DNA of 63,996 nucleotides, the filler included, from Collodictyon triciliatum (lineage: Eukaryota): assembly GCA_043381765.1 (NCBI GenBank). It is 7 parts of 7 records of this genome, joined end to end, with 100 filler letters (N's around TTAATTAATTAA, not from the genome) between each part and the next. Parts side by side here need not be neighbours in the genome. Positions count along the whole stretch, not along the records: positions 37,784 to 47,109 come from JBHJMP010003062.1; positions 47,210 to 60,264 come from JBHJMP010003063.1; 5 more parts are not named here. One strand, given 5' to 3'. The notes under the pieces are model-generated. The model had not been told where the DNA came from and searched no databases. It was given only the letters and a program-made list of their open reading frames with translations. The position numbers were made by a program, and so were the translations under genes. Shown here in pieces: positions 45,813 through 59,686 of the stretch. The first letter of the stretch is position 1. Each line of letters opens with the position of its first letter.

Positions 45813-46603
45813 CTTCAAAAAGTCATGTTTCTATGACAAAAATCGAACCATCTGTGGTTGATTCAGCGCGTTGATATACGCTAGATTTTTTAGACTTAAT
45901 GTGCTCATAATGAGGAACAGCCAGGTTTGAATCTCTGTAATAAGCACTTGTTCATAGTAACAGCCAATGTCATTGAAGCGGAATGTTGCTCTCCACTTCA
46001 TCCTATCGTGCAAAGTGTTTATGTGGACAGACATGTTCGAGAGATTACACCTGCTTTGTCTCGAATATTGCAGGAGCAGTGTTGATTTCAATCTTTGATA
46101 AATCGATTGTTCTTCACCAACTCCCTATGCCGTTTTACGCATGTAAAATATTTTAAAGAAAAGACAAAGAAAATGCCGACGGTAGCACCCCAAATACTTT
46201 GCCAAATACGAGCCAATTGCAATCTTGACCGATGAGCTATGCTACGTCATTTCATGTATCCTCCAGACGAGCTGAATGCTTGACTCACGAAGGGCTCATT
46301 CCACGCAAGCACTCATCTTTGCGTTATGCTCTCTTTTCCGAAGGCATACTTTTTTTTCCATGAATGCGTAATTTTGGGAAAGAAAATAAAGAGTTGATCT
46401 TCTTAACAAGGTATGTATGCGCAAGTTCTGACGTTTCCCAAAAGAAAAATGAAGACTCAGTTTCTCCGTAAACACAAAACGCCCAGATCGAAACTCGATG
46501 CTGTCCGCCAACCAACTCGGCAAGTTTTGGGAATAAAGAGAGGAATTGTAGAGGAAGGTCAGTAGAATACATGTTTTCATACTTCGGGGCTGCCCAGGTA
46601 CAG

Positions 46604-46652
46604 ATGAAGGTGTTGGTCGTTCTGGTATCTCTGCTGTTCGGCTCCGCTATGG
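46604..46652 (+). CDS. Possible first exon (signal peptide) of a secreted protein, cut by the contig end
   Basis: MKVLVVLVSLLFGSAMG followed by a GTATCT donor and a T/C-rich intron-like tract running to the spacer. Confidence 0.35.
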
Positions 46653-46890
46653 GTATCTTTAATGCTTTCTTAGTCGGCTCACTTTTTCTTTGTATTTACT
46701 TTTTCCACTTCTTTCCTTTTCTTATCTTTTCTTTTCTTTTCTTTTCTTATCTTATCTTTTCTTTTCTTATCTTATCTTTTCTTTTTCTTTTCTTTTTTTC
46801 TTTTTCTTTTTCTTTTTCTTTTCTTTTTCTTTTTTTCTTTTTTTCTTTTCTTTTTTTCTTTTCTTTTCTTTTCTTTTCTTTTCTTTTTTC

Positions 46891-46921
<31 letters not shown>

Positions 46922-46998
46922 CTTTTTTATTTTCTTTTATTTTATTTTCTTTTTTCTTTTCTTTTCTTTTATTTTCTTTTTTCTTTTCTTTTATTTTA

Positions 46999-47031
<33 letters not shown>

Positions 47032-47044
47032 CTTTTCTTTTTTC

Positions 47045-47075
<31 letters not shown>

Positions 47076-47209
47076 CTTTTTTCTTTTCTTTTTTCTTTTC
47101 TTTTTCTTTNNNNNNNNNNNNNNNNNNNNNNNNNNNNNNNNNNNNNNNNNNNNTTAATTAATTAANNNNNNNNNNNNNNNNNNNNNNNNNNNNNNNNNNN
47201 NNNNNNNNN

Positions 47210-47588
47210 TACTTTTTTATTACTTTTTTTATTACTTTTTTTATTACTTTTTTTATTACTTTTTTTATTACTTTTTTTATTACTTTTTTTATTACTTTTT
47301 TATTACTTTTTTATTACTTTTTTATTACTTTTTTTATTACTTTTTTATTCCTTTTTTTATTCCTTTTTTTATTCCTTTTTTTATTCCTTTTTTTATTCCT
47401 TTTTTTATTCCTTTTTTTATTCCTTTTTTATTACTTTTTTATTACTTTTTTATTACTTTCTTATTACTTTCTTATTACTTTTTTATTACTTTTTTATTAC
47501 TTTCTTATTACTTTCTTATTACTTTCTTATTACTTTCTTATTACTTTCTTATTACTTTCTTATTACTTTCTTATTACTTTTTTTATTA
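47210..47588 (+). repeat. Degenerate (TTTTTTATTAC/TTTTTTATTCC)n minisatellite at a contig start
   Basis: 11-12-nt units with block-wise variants. Confidence 0.9.
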
Positions 47589-48770
47589 CGCCTCAAGTCT
47601 TAGAGTGATGGTACCCTCGGCGTAAGATGGCTTGCCATCTTTGCTCCGCACATTTTTCGGGGGTGGGTGTCCAGAATCGTTGTCTATTCATTTGCATCCA
47701 CATATGGCAGGCACTATTTTCAGGACATGAGGAACCCTGTTTCTGTTATAATAACCCAATAACAGATCTGTCCCGAGATTCATAAAGGAATTTGGCAGTA
47801 TGAATTGTCAATTGATATTTGATTTAATAACCAAATATATGACATTATAACTTAGATAAAAGTTTTAAAAAGATATAATTATATTCCACATATGAATATA
47901 GGTTCGAATACAACAACTTCCAAAAGCAGGAAGTATTTTTGCGGAAAAGATGCAACGGAAAATCAGCCGTTACAATTACAATTCAGCCAATAAGCGAGAG
48001 ACAACATCTATTTATTCCATAAATAGGAATTTTCGCACCTTAAAGTAACGGACGGAGGTAACGGACAGTACTGAGGTATAAATTGTTTTCGCAACGGACA
48101 CTTTCACAAGGCCTTAGTATATATAGAATTTCTTAACTGAAGGTCGTCCTGGGAGAAAGGGTCACGAAGAATAAAAGCCAACATTTCTCTGTACGCGAGA
48201 ACAAAGCATCCTAAGTGGGCGGGCACATATATATGCGCAAACGCAACCATCTGCAGTTCTTGGGGATTTGGCCCCGTGCAGGAACATTCGAAAGGCCAGC
48301 CCAAGAGATCCGCGAGGGGATATAAATATGTCTGTATGTACTGCCGGTAATGCTTGAAAGAGGACACGTTAGCGAAGGGCGCCAAATACGAAAAACACGG
48401 GACAACCAAAGTCCAAGGAAGCACGAAGAAAGCAAGGCAAAAGGCAGCAGGCCTGTCTGGCGAGAGGACTTGGTTGGACCAACGACTAGTCGCCTGAGGG
48501 GCGACCCTGGGCGGACCAGCAAGGCACGAAGCCCCCAGACATGCGCTTGTGCCCAAACGGGGCATTTTCATTGAATTGCGGACCGATGCATCTGTCAAGC
48601 ACCAAGCAGCCGCCGCGTGATCAACCCCCTCGCTGACCGTTCCACCCTCCACGCACCTAGAGCCCTGCCCCCTGCCTCCCGCCTCCCGCCTCCCGCCTCC
48701 CGCCTCCCGCCCGAGCAACCCAGCCGCAGAAGACTAGTCGCCTCCCTCGCCGCACAGCCCCATCCTTGCA

Positions 48771-49244
48771 ATGGTTTCCGGCCCTCTCATCTCTGGGATT
48801 GCGTCCCTGATTGTCGGCATCATCGCCATCATCATCGTATGCGCTTATCTGAATCTGCACCACCTCCATTCGCTTAAGCGAGCACTTTAAGGACTTTTTC
48901 TTTTTTTTTTCTTTTCCTATTTCCATTCTTTTTTCATTTTCATGTCTGTGTTGCGATGCTTACTCTCGCCTGTGTGGCACCATGCCGCTCACATTTCCAC
49001 AAATGACATCTACGCGCGGCTCCAGGGTGTCGTCATCTCCCAAGCCGTGAAGACAGCCATCCACGACGGCGTGGAAGCTGCGGTCAAGATCAAGTCCAAT
49101 ACCTCGGAGAACTACGAAGGGTGGAAGGCCAACACCGCCGGTGTAGCCGCACAGGCCTTCCGCAGCTTCTACCTTTACAACATCACCAACATGGCCCAAG
49201 TCGTGGTAAGCATTTTGCACAGTCTACTTCTCTGCTGCGTTGTA

Positions 49245-49303
<59 letters not shown>

Positions 49304-52300
49304 TCCTTCCTTCCTTCCTTCCTTACTTCAAGCAGAGGCCCTCCTTTTCTGACCTGCTGCCCCTTGTTCAGAAACTCAACGCAGTCCCTACCTACGAAGA
49401 AGTCGGGCCATTCGTCTACCAGTATCTATACGTAAGACTATCTGACGAATCACGTTGAAGCCTGCTGTAACACTTTCGATTACTCCGCTGTTTTCTTTAT
49501 ATCATACGATTCTGAAACTCTGCGTGGCATCATGCAGGAGAAAATCGACGTGTCAATTAACAAGTCCACCCACTCCGCTAAATTCCGCAATTACAATCGC
49601 TACATCTTCAGGGAAGACAAGTCTGTGTCCAGCGACAAAGTGGATATTTTTCAGGTGGGTCCACAAAAGCGGCCATTTCCATTAGGCGTTAATCCTAACT
49701 ATGCTCATTTGATTTTTTTTTTTATATCTCCTATACCCTAGTGACAGTTTATCAACGAATGGTTCATTTACACGCCCCTCTAGGTGAATCCTGCATATAT
49801 CCTCGCAGCTTACACGAACCTAAGACCGGACCAACCATCAAAGCCGGTGCCTGCTGCGGAACCGGGAGTCCTTGCCAGTATAGTGAGCGGTGCGTTCAGT
49901 CAAGTTTATGGCTCCATAGGACCTTCATCGTCCTTCCCAGGCCTTGTGAGTACCTGTCTTTATGTACCTCCCATTCCTAAGGAACATACCGTGAAAAAAA
50001 ACACAAACAAGAAATGCATTATACAAGGGTTCTGTTGAGTTAGTTACAACTCACTTTTACCATACATTCACACCCTTGACTACAACCTTGATTCCACTGT
50101 AGATCAAAACAAACTACTTTCAACCTACATTCACCAATTACCGTAAGCTCATCATTGGGTATAAATACGGGGGAAATACTCCTAACTTTGTTGCTGCTCT
50201 CACTGGCACGATTAACGTGAGTCTTACTTCACACCGCCCTTGTATCCAAATTAATTTCGCAAGAGGCCTGTGTTGACGAGGTTTATTTCCCCAGTGGTCT
50301 GCCGACAACTGTAGTGCTGTCCCGGCTGCGGCGCAGGCATCATGCAATATGTTCAATGCGGTTTACTCAGTATGTGCTTTTGATATAGTAGCGTTGACTA
50401 GAACGTTGGCTGGGAGTCATAATTATATTGTCTTAGCTTGTATGTAACCTTGTATTGGAAATAGTATCCGATTACTTTCACCGATGTGCGTAGCGCAGTT
50501 GTGGCCAAACTCATGGATGACACAAATGTAAGCCCCTATTATAAGTTGCTCGTTATCCTGCTTGCACAAAGAAATCCCGGAGCAGCTGATGAATGCATAT
50601 ATTCTCGTACAGGTCGGGGGTCTGCTGCATTCCAATAATTTGTGGATAAAAGCCTTGCTTAACAAGGTGAACGACTCTCCCAATCCCATATACTACAAAC
50701 CAGCCGCTCTTGCGGTGGAAGCCACCAGTACCGAAGTCATGAAGTGAGTTTGAAGTTATGTAGTATGCCCAATCAATCTCAAGGTCTCGATAATATCCCA
50801 TCGGCTGGAGTGACGGCTCTCTGTATCTAACAATTTGTATACCTCTCCCAGAATTTTTGCATGGATTGAATCGTATATCAATAAGCAAGAATTGGCAGTA
50901 CGTTATATTCTCTACTTAGCCTTTACATTACGATGAGTTCTATACGTTTTCTTTCCCTATTTAAAGTAATACACTAATGAACAAAGTGCACTTCCTTCAT
51001 CATTAGATTCTGAGGTACTGGCTGGGGTGGGGTAGCGGATTTACATATGAGAAAGCAGGATATCTTCAATTTGCTAGTTTAAAGCCACTCAATGGGCTAA
51101 GCCTGCGCCACCAGAACCCTTCCACTGCGTTCTATCCTGATTTCCAAGGGTAACTGAGCCTTCATCATGTTAACATTTTGGGCGGTTAGTTCAATGCCCC
51201 TCAATTGAGAGAATATTCCTCTACCAGATATTACAAGTATGAGATTGGGGCTAATGTTCCGATGAGCCAAGACACTGCAGAGGCTCTCTTCTCCCCGATG
51301 ACTGTCAATGGGGTTTTATACAAGGAAGGAATTAGAAACCCATTCATTGTACATTTTATTCATATAAACATATAATACTTCTATGAATCGAATTGAGGGA
51401 AAAAAAAAGTATACCCATGTACTTCACCGGAAATTCGAATATGTATTTTATGTTCGTGGCTTTGGTAATTCTCACGGAAATTTTGCATGCTTCACCTTGA
51501 TTTGTTGATTGATTGTATTCCGGTACTTCATTACAGATTGGTACCATTCTTAATCAAAATCCAACCGTAATGGCGCAAGTTGGATTTGCAAACATCCAAC
51601 AGGTACCCAATCATTCATTCAAACATGACATGATAATTGTTGAGTTTGGACACTAGGGCTTTATCTAACCACAGTATATCTTACACTCGAGGCTGCGGCA
51701 TTCGTTCCTTTTGCGGTAAGCATTTATCTGGCTACGATTACCCCGCTCTGCAATCAGATGAATGCGTACGGAACATGCTTCTATCGCCGCACGAGTGTAC
51801 AGAATCTTCTCTTTGGGACAACAGAAGATCCGATGGTCGTGTTCTTTTCCAAGGGGCTACGCAAGTCTGCCGGTATCTTCACGAATCACACTGACGTATG
51901 TACAATTAAGTCCAGTCTACACTCCAAATAGTGATGTGAGCCGCTTTATATAAAATGACTCATGAATTCACACTCTCTAGTACACCGCTGCCAGAAGCAA
52001 TAATATGTTCGGAGACGAGGTGGACATAGGCACCAGTGATGTCGATGACATTGGAAAGATATACAGAATCAATGGGTAAGCAAATCTGCTACGAAAATTC
52101 TATTGGGTGTCATACTTTGTATCTTTATACAGGCTTGTTCACGTGTATCACAATTAGAGCAAAGAACATTGTCCGTAATGACGGAATTACAAATTCCTGG
52201 AACGGAACGGTCGCTATCACCGGTCGTGGTGTTCAATTCCCTCCCTTCTCCAAGGATAGTTACACACAGGCAATCTACTCGACATCCCTCTATCGTAATC

Positions 52301-53515
52301 TGAACTTGAAAAAGATTGGCGATGCCACCGTGAAAGGAGTTGATATGCGGCACTTCCAAGTCGATCCTGCCAACTACGCTGCGACGACCGATAACAAGTT
52401 AACCTACTTCATCAAATATGGTAAGTTATTAGTCTTTAACATTCCAGTGGTTGGGCAATACGATTGCGTTTATACTGCCAAACGATTAAAGAATCAAATG
52501 GCGATTAATGTGCATGTTGACATTTTTAGATGGTGTGATGGACTTCTCTTACACCGAGCTCGTGGCCGGAGCTCCGAACATTCCTATCCTGGGCACAAAT
52601 CCTCATCTTTTCGATACCGACCGCACCCTTTTCCAGGTGCCCCCAACATTCACATACACCACGACTTTGTTTATCATTATCTGGAAAGACGGGAGAGGGC
52701 GCCTGTGAACATTGAAACACTGGGGACACTCAATGTAGGAAGAAACTAATTAATACATTTTGAATCCAAAAATAAAGGGGATCAGTTGCAAAGTGTCCAG
52801 TGTCGACAGTGACGACGATGAGTGCTTCACTGATGAGACTCAGGACTCTAACCCGACGCTTCGTAACAAGTTCACGACCAATTTTTACATCGAACCCATC
52901 ACCGGAATCCCGATGAAAGGAAATGCTGCGCTTCAGTTCTGGATTAACGTCGATGCGACAGGTTGGAGAGCATCCTTTTTCTATCTCACCAGACCCTATG
53001 TTATTCTGATGGAAGAATGGATAGAGACACTCCAATGAGAGCATACCAACCCTTAAGTCTTGTAAAGGTTTGACGGGTATGTTCGCTCACACCCACAACC
53101 ATCATTAGCGAAGGAAAATGTCTTCAGTCTCAAGGCTCTCCTAACCGGGACACCCTTCAGCACCCTTGGCGTTCTTGACAACCACATCCCCGACAGACCC
53201 ATTCCCGTGGTTTATCTCCGCGACACCGTGGAGCTCACAGACGACAACGCTGACGACTTCAAGAACTCCATCTACGCCGCACAGAAGATGGGCAAGACCA
53301 TCGGAGTTGCACTCCCTGTAATCGGAGCCTTCCTCCTGGTCTTCTCGTTCGCTCTGCTCTACTGGCACGTGAAGCTCGTCAAGGAAGGCAACAGCGGTGA
53401 GTAGGCCGAACCGCGGCTGTGTGTCTCCCATCACCATTATCCCATGCACTAAGAAACGCCCACCCATCCCGGCCGCTAATCCCTACTCTCACGTAACACA
53501 GTGAACAAGCCCTAA
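48771..53515 (+). CDS. CD36/LIMP-II (scavenger receptor class B) family membrane glycoprotein, multi-exon
   Basis: N-terminal TM MVSGPLISGIASLIVGIIAIII; family motifs FRSFYLYNITN, PTYEEVGPFVY, ITNSWNGTVAITGRGVQFPP, PILGTNPHLF and FYIEPITGIPMKGNAALQ; C-terminal TM IGVALPVIGAFLLVFSFALLYW. The end is TAG at 53404 if unspliced, or TAA at 53515 if the GTGAGT..GCTAAT..CAG intron 53397-53501 is used. Confidence 0.9.
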
Positions 53516-53962
53516 TTGACGATTCGCCGGATGCTGTCCTGTCCTTGCACTGCCAGCTCGACCTGCCCCTGCGCGTCCCCACTAGACTTCTTGTTCTCTC
53601 TCTCTCTCCTTCAAAAATCTAGTAACACGCACCTGGCACAACTGCAAAGTCCTTGTCTGCCTCCCCAACACCATCCCCTTCTGTGTTTTGATAAACTTTC
53701 GCTTCGTTTCACCCCAGACGCCCGTCCATCTGCGCAACACCCTCACACACTCCCTCTCGTTGCCAGCCAGTGACCGGGCCTCTGTTGTCCCGCGCTTGTG
53801 GCGTGCGAGCCCTGGGCCGCCCTCCCCTTATCCTTAGCTGCAATAAAGCCAAATAACTATTTCCCCTGGAAACAAAGCAGACAGCGAGATGGCCACCTCA
53901 CCCGCCGCACGAGGAAACTCAGGCGAGAAAGAGCACTTTATTCGGGAGGATGTATATGTACT

Positions 53963-54207
53963 TTAATCATTAGCCGGTGGTCGCTCCCTGCGTAGATACC
54001 CCATCGTGAAGGGGCCTTTGGTTCGCAGAGCAGGAGGGAATGTGTCTGCGTTGTCCCGCAGGATTTCGACCAAGTCGACGATTTCTTCGTAGGCGTAGTA
54101 GCAGTTGTCCAGGGATGACTCGTCCTGCTCCCACTGGTCGATCAACCTGGAGTTTTCAACACAGGTTTGTGCTGAGAAGGGCGTCTTCAAATAGAAATAA
54201 TAGAAGG

Positions 54208-54259
<52 letters not shown>

Positions 54260-56931
54260 TACATCCAAGTAATCCATGAATAATAATATGGTTTCATCAA
54301 AATTCCAACATCTTCCACATACTGAAAGGAATAATAACAAAAAACAAAAAGTCTTCGTCAAACGAACCCAGCAAGCTCTGTTGATGACTTGATACATGCA
54401 TGGAATTGAACCTTCAAGACTTGGAATGGCTCTGAGGTGTTGTATATAATTATTTTATTTTCTTCTTTTTATAATTCTATGTAGCAATTTTGCGTAATCA
54501 AAGAAATGTTTGTTTATCTGTTATCATAATATACGCGCATTTTTTTTAAATTAATCTTCATATTTTTTTTTTCATAGGAAAAAGGATGATTTGTACAGAA
54601 AAAAATGTCTAACAATACCTGGTGATTCGCGCTGAGGATTGAGAGGATTTTCACAAAGGTATTTTTTACATATTATGGTATTATTCCACCCCAGAACGCG
54701 AATCTATTTGAGGATATCGCAACTGTGTGAAATCCAGGAAATACCACAAACAAAACAACGGGTATCATTAAAATGAAACGGCGACAATAGGGATGTTTTA
54801 CCAAAAGCATCGGCCTTAAGGATCCGTGGGGTATGACGAAATATCTGTAGCAAGATTGAGAGGAGCATCTGTATAAAAGGTCGCTTGCACAAAGATTCTC
54901 GAGGGTTTGATGCCTACAGAGATATAAATACATGTTTGTTTATTTAAGCAATGAAAAGCTAATACATATCCGCCTGATAGGGATCGTTCTACGTCTTACC
55001 TCAGTGTTCAGTTATATGAATACAACATAGACATCAATAGCTACGTCTGTATTAAAAAAAAAGAAGGAAGAGGAATACATTTTCTTTGTTTTTGTTGGTT
55101 TATCCCCGTAAACATCATACTTTAAAATGGAGGTTAAAATAAAGTCGATCAGAGTTAAACCTGAAAATATTTTCGACGCTACTTGGTGTTGTGGACGTCG
55201 AAATACAGTATTTGCTGAGCATATAACAAAGAGTGCCTTCATATGAAAAAAAAAAACTATTTTTGTTATAGTGGTTATAGAGGAAAGTATGACTGTAGTT
55301 ATATATGGATATTATATTGTGGTTGGATAACTATGGGTAATTAATCTCTTTATTTATAAAATTCGATGGCTGGGCAGAAGAAGCAAAAAAGAAAAAAAAC
55401 AAAACAAAACAAAACAACGTTTCGACCAGTTTAGTGGGCGATAGAAAAAAAAGGAAATGGCAAAAGTGAAACGCACAAATTTGGGACTATATTGAGTTAT
55501 ACATACCTTTGTTTGAATAGTATCCTAAAGGACTTTCGCATCTTGTACAAAAGAGGCGGCCATCAATTTTCATTGACTTTTACATTTCGAAATAAACGAA
55601 ACGAAACAAAACGGAACAAAACGAAAAAAACAAAACAAAACGAAAAACAAAACAAAACAAAACAAAACAAAACGACAAAAAATAAAAAACAAAAAATAAA
55701 AAATAAAAAACAAAAAATAAAAAATAAAAAACAAAAAATAAAAAATAAAAAATAAAAAACAAAAAATAAAAAACAAAAAATAAAAAATAAAAAACAAAAA
55801 ATAAAAAATAAAAAACAAAAAATAAAAAATAAAAAATAAAAAACAAAAAATAAAAAACAAAAAATAAAAAACAAAAAACAAAAAACAAAAGCAAAAGCAA
55901 AAGCAAAAGCAAAAATAAAATCAGTTGCGGTCTATAAGAAAAGACTTGTCAAAAACTGCTGTCACATATATATAATCAACCTTTTGAACTTCTGGATGGT
56001 CTGTTGTAAACTCATCTAGCTTAACGATATTGTGTATGATGTTTGCCGTGTGAATCATCAAGTACGTTTCCCCCACAAAGCAAAAAAAGGGGCGGGCCAC
56101 TATTTCTTCTCTTGGAAATGCATCAAAACCACCTTGCTCGCATGTCCACAAGTCAGATAATTCGAGCCTTTGGTTATGCGATAAAAGGAGAAAATATGTA
56201 TGAGCCAAATATTTCCTCGATGTTCTTGTTATCTCTTATCATCATTATAATCCTTCGTTAAACTAATGGGATTTGTTGATTTATACCAATTAGGGGACGG
56301 TAGAACCAAAGCCTTCTGAAATCCGCCCTGGACCAATGAAGCGGAGCAGAACCTGCAATACAGTTTCTGAAACTTTGGAAGAGCTACGAAAGTGATAGAA
56401 TCAACCCATTAAATGTTGAAGAATATTTTATAAACTATATCGTTTATAACTTTGTTCTGTTTTTTTTTTTTTTTGAATTTATACCTTTTTATTTTTTTTT
56501 TTTAATTTTTTATTTTTCCCTACAATTTTTTTTTNNNNNNNNNNNNNNNNNNNNNNNNNNNNNNNNNNNNNNNNNNNNNNNNNNNNNNNNNNNNNNNNNN
56601 NNNNNNNNNNNNNNNNNNNNNNNNNNNNNNNNNNNNNNNNNNNNNNNNNNNNNNNNNNNNNNNNNNNNNNNNNNNNNNNNNNNNNNNNNNNNNNNNNNNN
56701 NNNNNNNNNNNNNNNNNNNNNNNNNNNNNNNNNNNNNNNNNNNNNNNNNNNNNNNNNNNNNNNNNNNNNNNNNNNNNNNNNNNNNNNNNNNNNNNNNNNN
56801 NNNNNNNNNNNNNNNNNNNNNNNNNNNNNNNNNNNNNNNNNNNNNNNNNNNNNNNNNNNNNNNNNNNNNNNNNNNNNNNNNNNNNNNNNNNNNNNNNNNN
56901 NNNNNNNNNNNNNNNNNNNNNNNNNNNNNNN

Positions 56932-57026
<95 letters not shown>

Positions 57027-57623
57027 TATGCATTTTTTTTTGCAGTTGTTCATAAATTTAAAGGTTAGAGGAGAAGATACTAGCGGCGCATCTTGCAAAG
57101 GCGTATTATTAGAGGTACCTTGATGATGCATTTGGATGGGTCCACTGGAGCAGAAAGAGGGATATGTAAATGATGCCCTTGATACAATATAAGAATACTT
57201 TTCTGGCTCTCTCCAAAGAGGACTTCGTATTCGTTGGTCTGTTTATGAAGGTTAAGAGAAGAGAGCGTTCCATACGTATTTTGTAAAATCAATTTACTGT
57301 GATCTAGGAGAGTCGAAAGTAACAAGAGTAAGTGTTATCTTTTACCTTGAGGGAAAAAAAAAGTATGGAGTGGCATGAAAAGAAAGAAAATCCGAAGGTG
57401 AATATGGCATTTACTGATTAAAAAAAAAGAGAGAATTGTTTAACCATAAAAAACCAGAGTATCAGTTGAAGTCGCATATGCAAAGAAAATCGAACATCAA
57501 TCCCTTAAAATAGATAAAAATAAAAACCCTTACCTGAATCGAGTTAACAAGCTGAACATACACGTAAATAGTCTTGAGTGTCTCTAGAGATTCCACTAGA
57601 AAGGAGGAGAAAGGGGAGGCCAT
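53963..57623 (-). CDS. UBE3D: E3 ubiquitin-protein ligase E3D / Ipa1 family (HECT_2 domain), spanning the N gap 56535-56931
   Basis: LYCRFCSASLV...ALVLPSPNWLELSDLWTC matches the family CxxC...LPSxNWxExxxxWxC signature. The C-terminus LVEILRDNADTFPPALRTKGPFTMGYL matches the family L..N..LP..R....f..afL tail. Probable ATG at 57623 (MASPFSSFLVE). Confidence 0.85.
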
Positions 57624-57914
57624 TCCTCTTTCATTTTGAAACTCAGTCAGAACATACTCAACGAGCCACCCCTCTTCTTTCGTTTTTTTTTTTGTTTTCA
57701 AGTAATGAAAATACTGATCAAAAGAAAAACAAAAGCATAACACCACACAGCACAAGAAACAAAGCAAATGGGGACATGGTTTGATTTGCGACTTTATAAA
57801 TTTCATTCGCACATCTTTGCGGCCGAAAAAAGAAGAAAAAGAAGAAAAAAGAACAGATATATATCTAAGAATTGAGTGGGGCGATGGCAGCGGCGATTTG
57901 CAGGGTTTTGTTCT

Positions 57915-59686
57915 TTATTCTCTAGCTTGTCTGTGCGTTGTTACGTCTGTTGGCCTGGAGAAACGTGACACGTAATAGCGCGTATGGGAATCCCGACGGT
58001 ACCCTTTGTTGTAGGGCACAAGGTTTAAAAAAAAGATGAATAATANNNNNNNNNNNNNNNNNNNNNNNNNNNNNNNNNNNNNNNNNNNNNNNNNNNNNNN
58101 NNNNNNNNNNNNNNNNNNNNNNNNNNNNNNNNNNNNNNNNNNNNNNNNNNNNNNNNNNNNNNNNNNNNNNNNNNNNNNNNNNNNNNNNNNNNNNNNNNNN
58201 NNNNNNNNNNNNNNNNNNNNNNNNNNNNNNNNNNNNNNNNNNNNNNNNNNNNNNNNNNNNNNNNNNNNNNNNNNNNNNNNNNNNNNNNNNNNNNNNNNNN
58301 NNNNNNNNNNNNNNNNNNNNNNNNNNNNNNNNNNNNNNNNNNNNNNNNNNNNNNNNNNNNNNNNNNNNNNNNNNNNNNNNNNNNNNNNNNNNNNNNNNNN
58401 NNNNNNNNNNNNNNNNNNNNNNNNNNNNNNNNNNNNNNNNNNNNNNNNNNNNNNNNNNNNNNNNNNNNNNNNNNNNNNNNNNNNNNNNNNNNNNNNNNNN
58501 NNNNNNNNNNNNNNNNNNNNNNNNNNNNNNNNNNNNNNNNNNNNNNNNNNNNNNNNNNNNNNNNNNNNNNNNNNNNNNNNNNNNNNNNNNNNNNNNNNNN
58601 NNNNNNNNNNNNNNNNNNNNNNNNNNNNNNNNNNNNNNNNNNNNNNNNNNNNNNNNNNNNNNNNNNNNNNNNNNNNNNNNNNNNNNNNNNNNNNNNNNNN
58701 NNNNNNNNNNNNNNNNNNNNNNNNNNNNNNNNNNNNNNNNNNNNNNNNNNNNNNCGGGCGTGGAACATGAGGGTGGCGGAGGCAGAGCTGAGGACAAGGA
58801 GGAGGGCGACGGGGAGGGCGGTTGCGAGGCTGTGGAAGCAGAAGAAGAGCAGGGTCCAGAACTGGTAGAGCGAAAAGCAGGCAAAGAAGACAAAGAGGGC
58901 GGGGGCCTGGCGAGCGAGGCCACCCACACGCCAGACGCGCCAGGCGGCACGCGCATGCAGCAGGCAGACGAGCGCCAGGGCGCCAAAGTGGACGGCGGCC
59001 GAGGGCGCGTAGGCGGGGAGGCGCAGGCGGGCGTACCAGTCCGAGGCCGTCGACCCGTTGGGCGAGGACTGCCCCATGGTGAAGAAGGGGAACAGCAGGC
59101 CCTGCGAGACCGTCGCCGCAGCCCATGCCGCCTGCGTGGCCGCCCGCATCACGCCCCGGCTGCACTGCGACGCTGCCAATGGTGCTAATGACGCTGCTGC
59201 TGCTGCTGCGGCTGATGATGATGATGATGATGGTGATGGCGGTGATGGCGGTGATGGCGCCGCCGCTCTCGCCTCTCCACTCGCGATTGTGGGCCGTCCA
59301 GCCCGGTCTGCAGCCTGCAAGCCCATGCGCCCTTTCCACGAATGCAGGTCGTGTGCCAGCTGCCGGGCCTTTTGCCGCAGGAGCTGCTCGCTTGCGCCGT
59401 GGCCACCATCATCATCATCATCATCATCACCATCTTCTCCGCTCTCTCTGGGCGGCTCGTGGTGATGCACTGCGCTCGGGCGGCTGCGGCGGGGTGCAAA
59501 GGATTCTGTTCGGCGGGGATGCTCTGCACTCTGCATCGGCAGGCTCTGGTAGCGTCCCGCCATCCCGGCTTCGTGCTGCTCCGTTTCGCTGGTGGGCGAC
59601 TGCACAGACGGGCTGGAGCTGCGGTATGAGGCGATTCCCGTATTGTTGCTGCTCGGTCCGCTTGAGGCTGGTTTGTCCGAGGCCAT
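57915..59686 (-). CDS. Divergent TspO/MBR (translocator protein) family membrane protein with a long low-complexity N-terminal extension; interrupted by the N gap 58046-58754
   Basis: DWYARLRLPAYAP, AAWRVWRVGG, ALFVFFACFSLYQFWTLLFFCFHSLATAL and ATLMFH follow the TSPO helix pattern. The putative tail FIFFLNLVPYNKG...* after the gap (stop at 57915) is inferred. Confidence 0.75.

Noticed and set aside
48104-48718. 204-aa minus-strand ORF upstream of the CD36-like gene
   Set aside because: It has no recognisable motifs, includes a (CCCGCCT)n repeat, and is probably a chance ORF in GC-rich promoter/UTR sequence.
53068-53076. 9-nt micro-exon in the CD36-like gene
   Set aside because: It would require a 32-nt intron, much shorter than the others; the frame is preserved without it.
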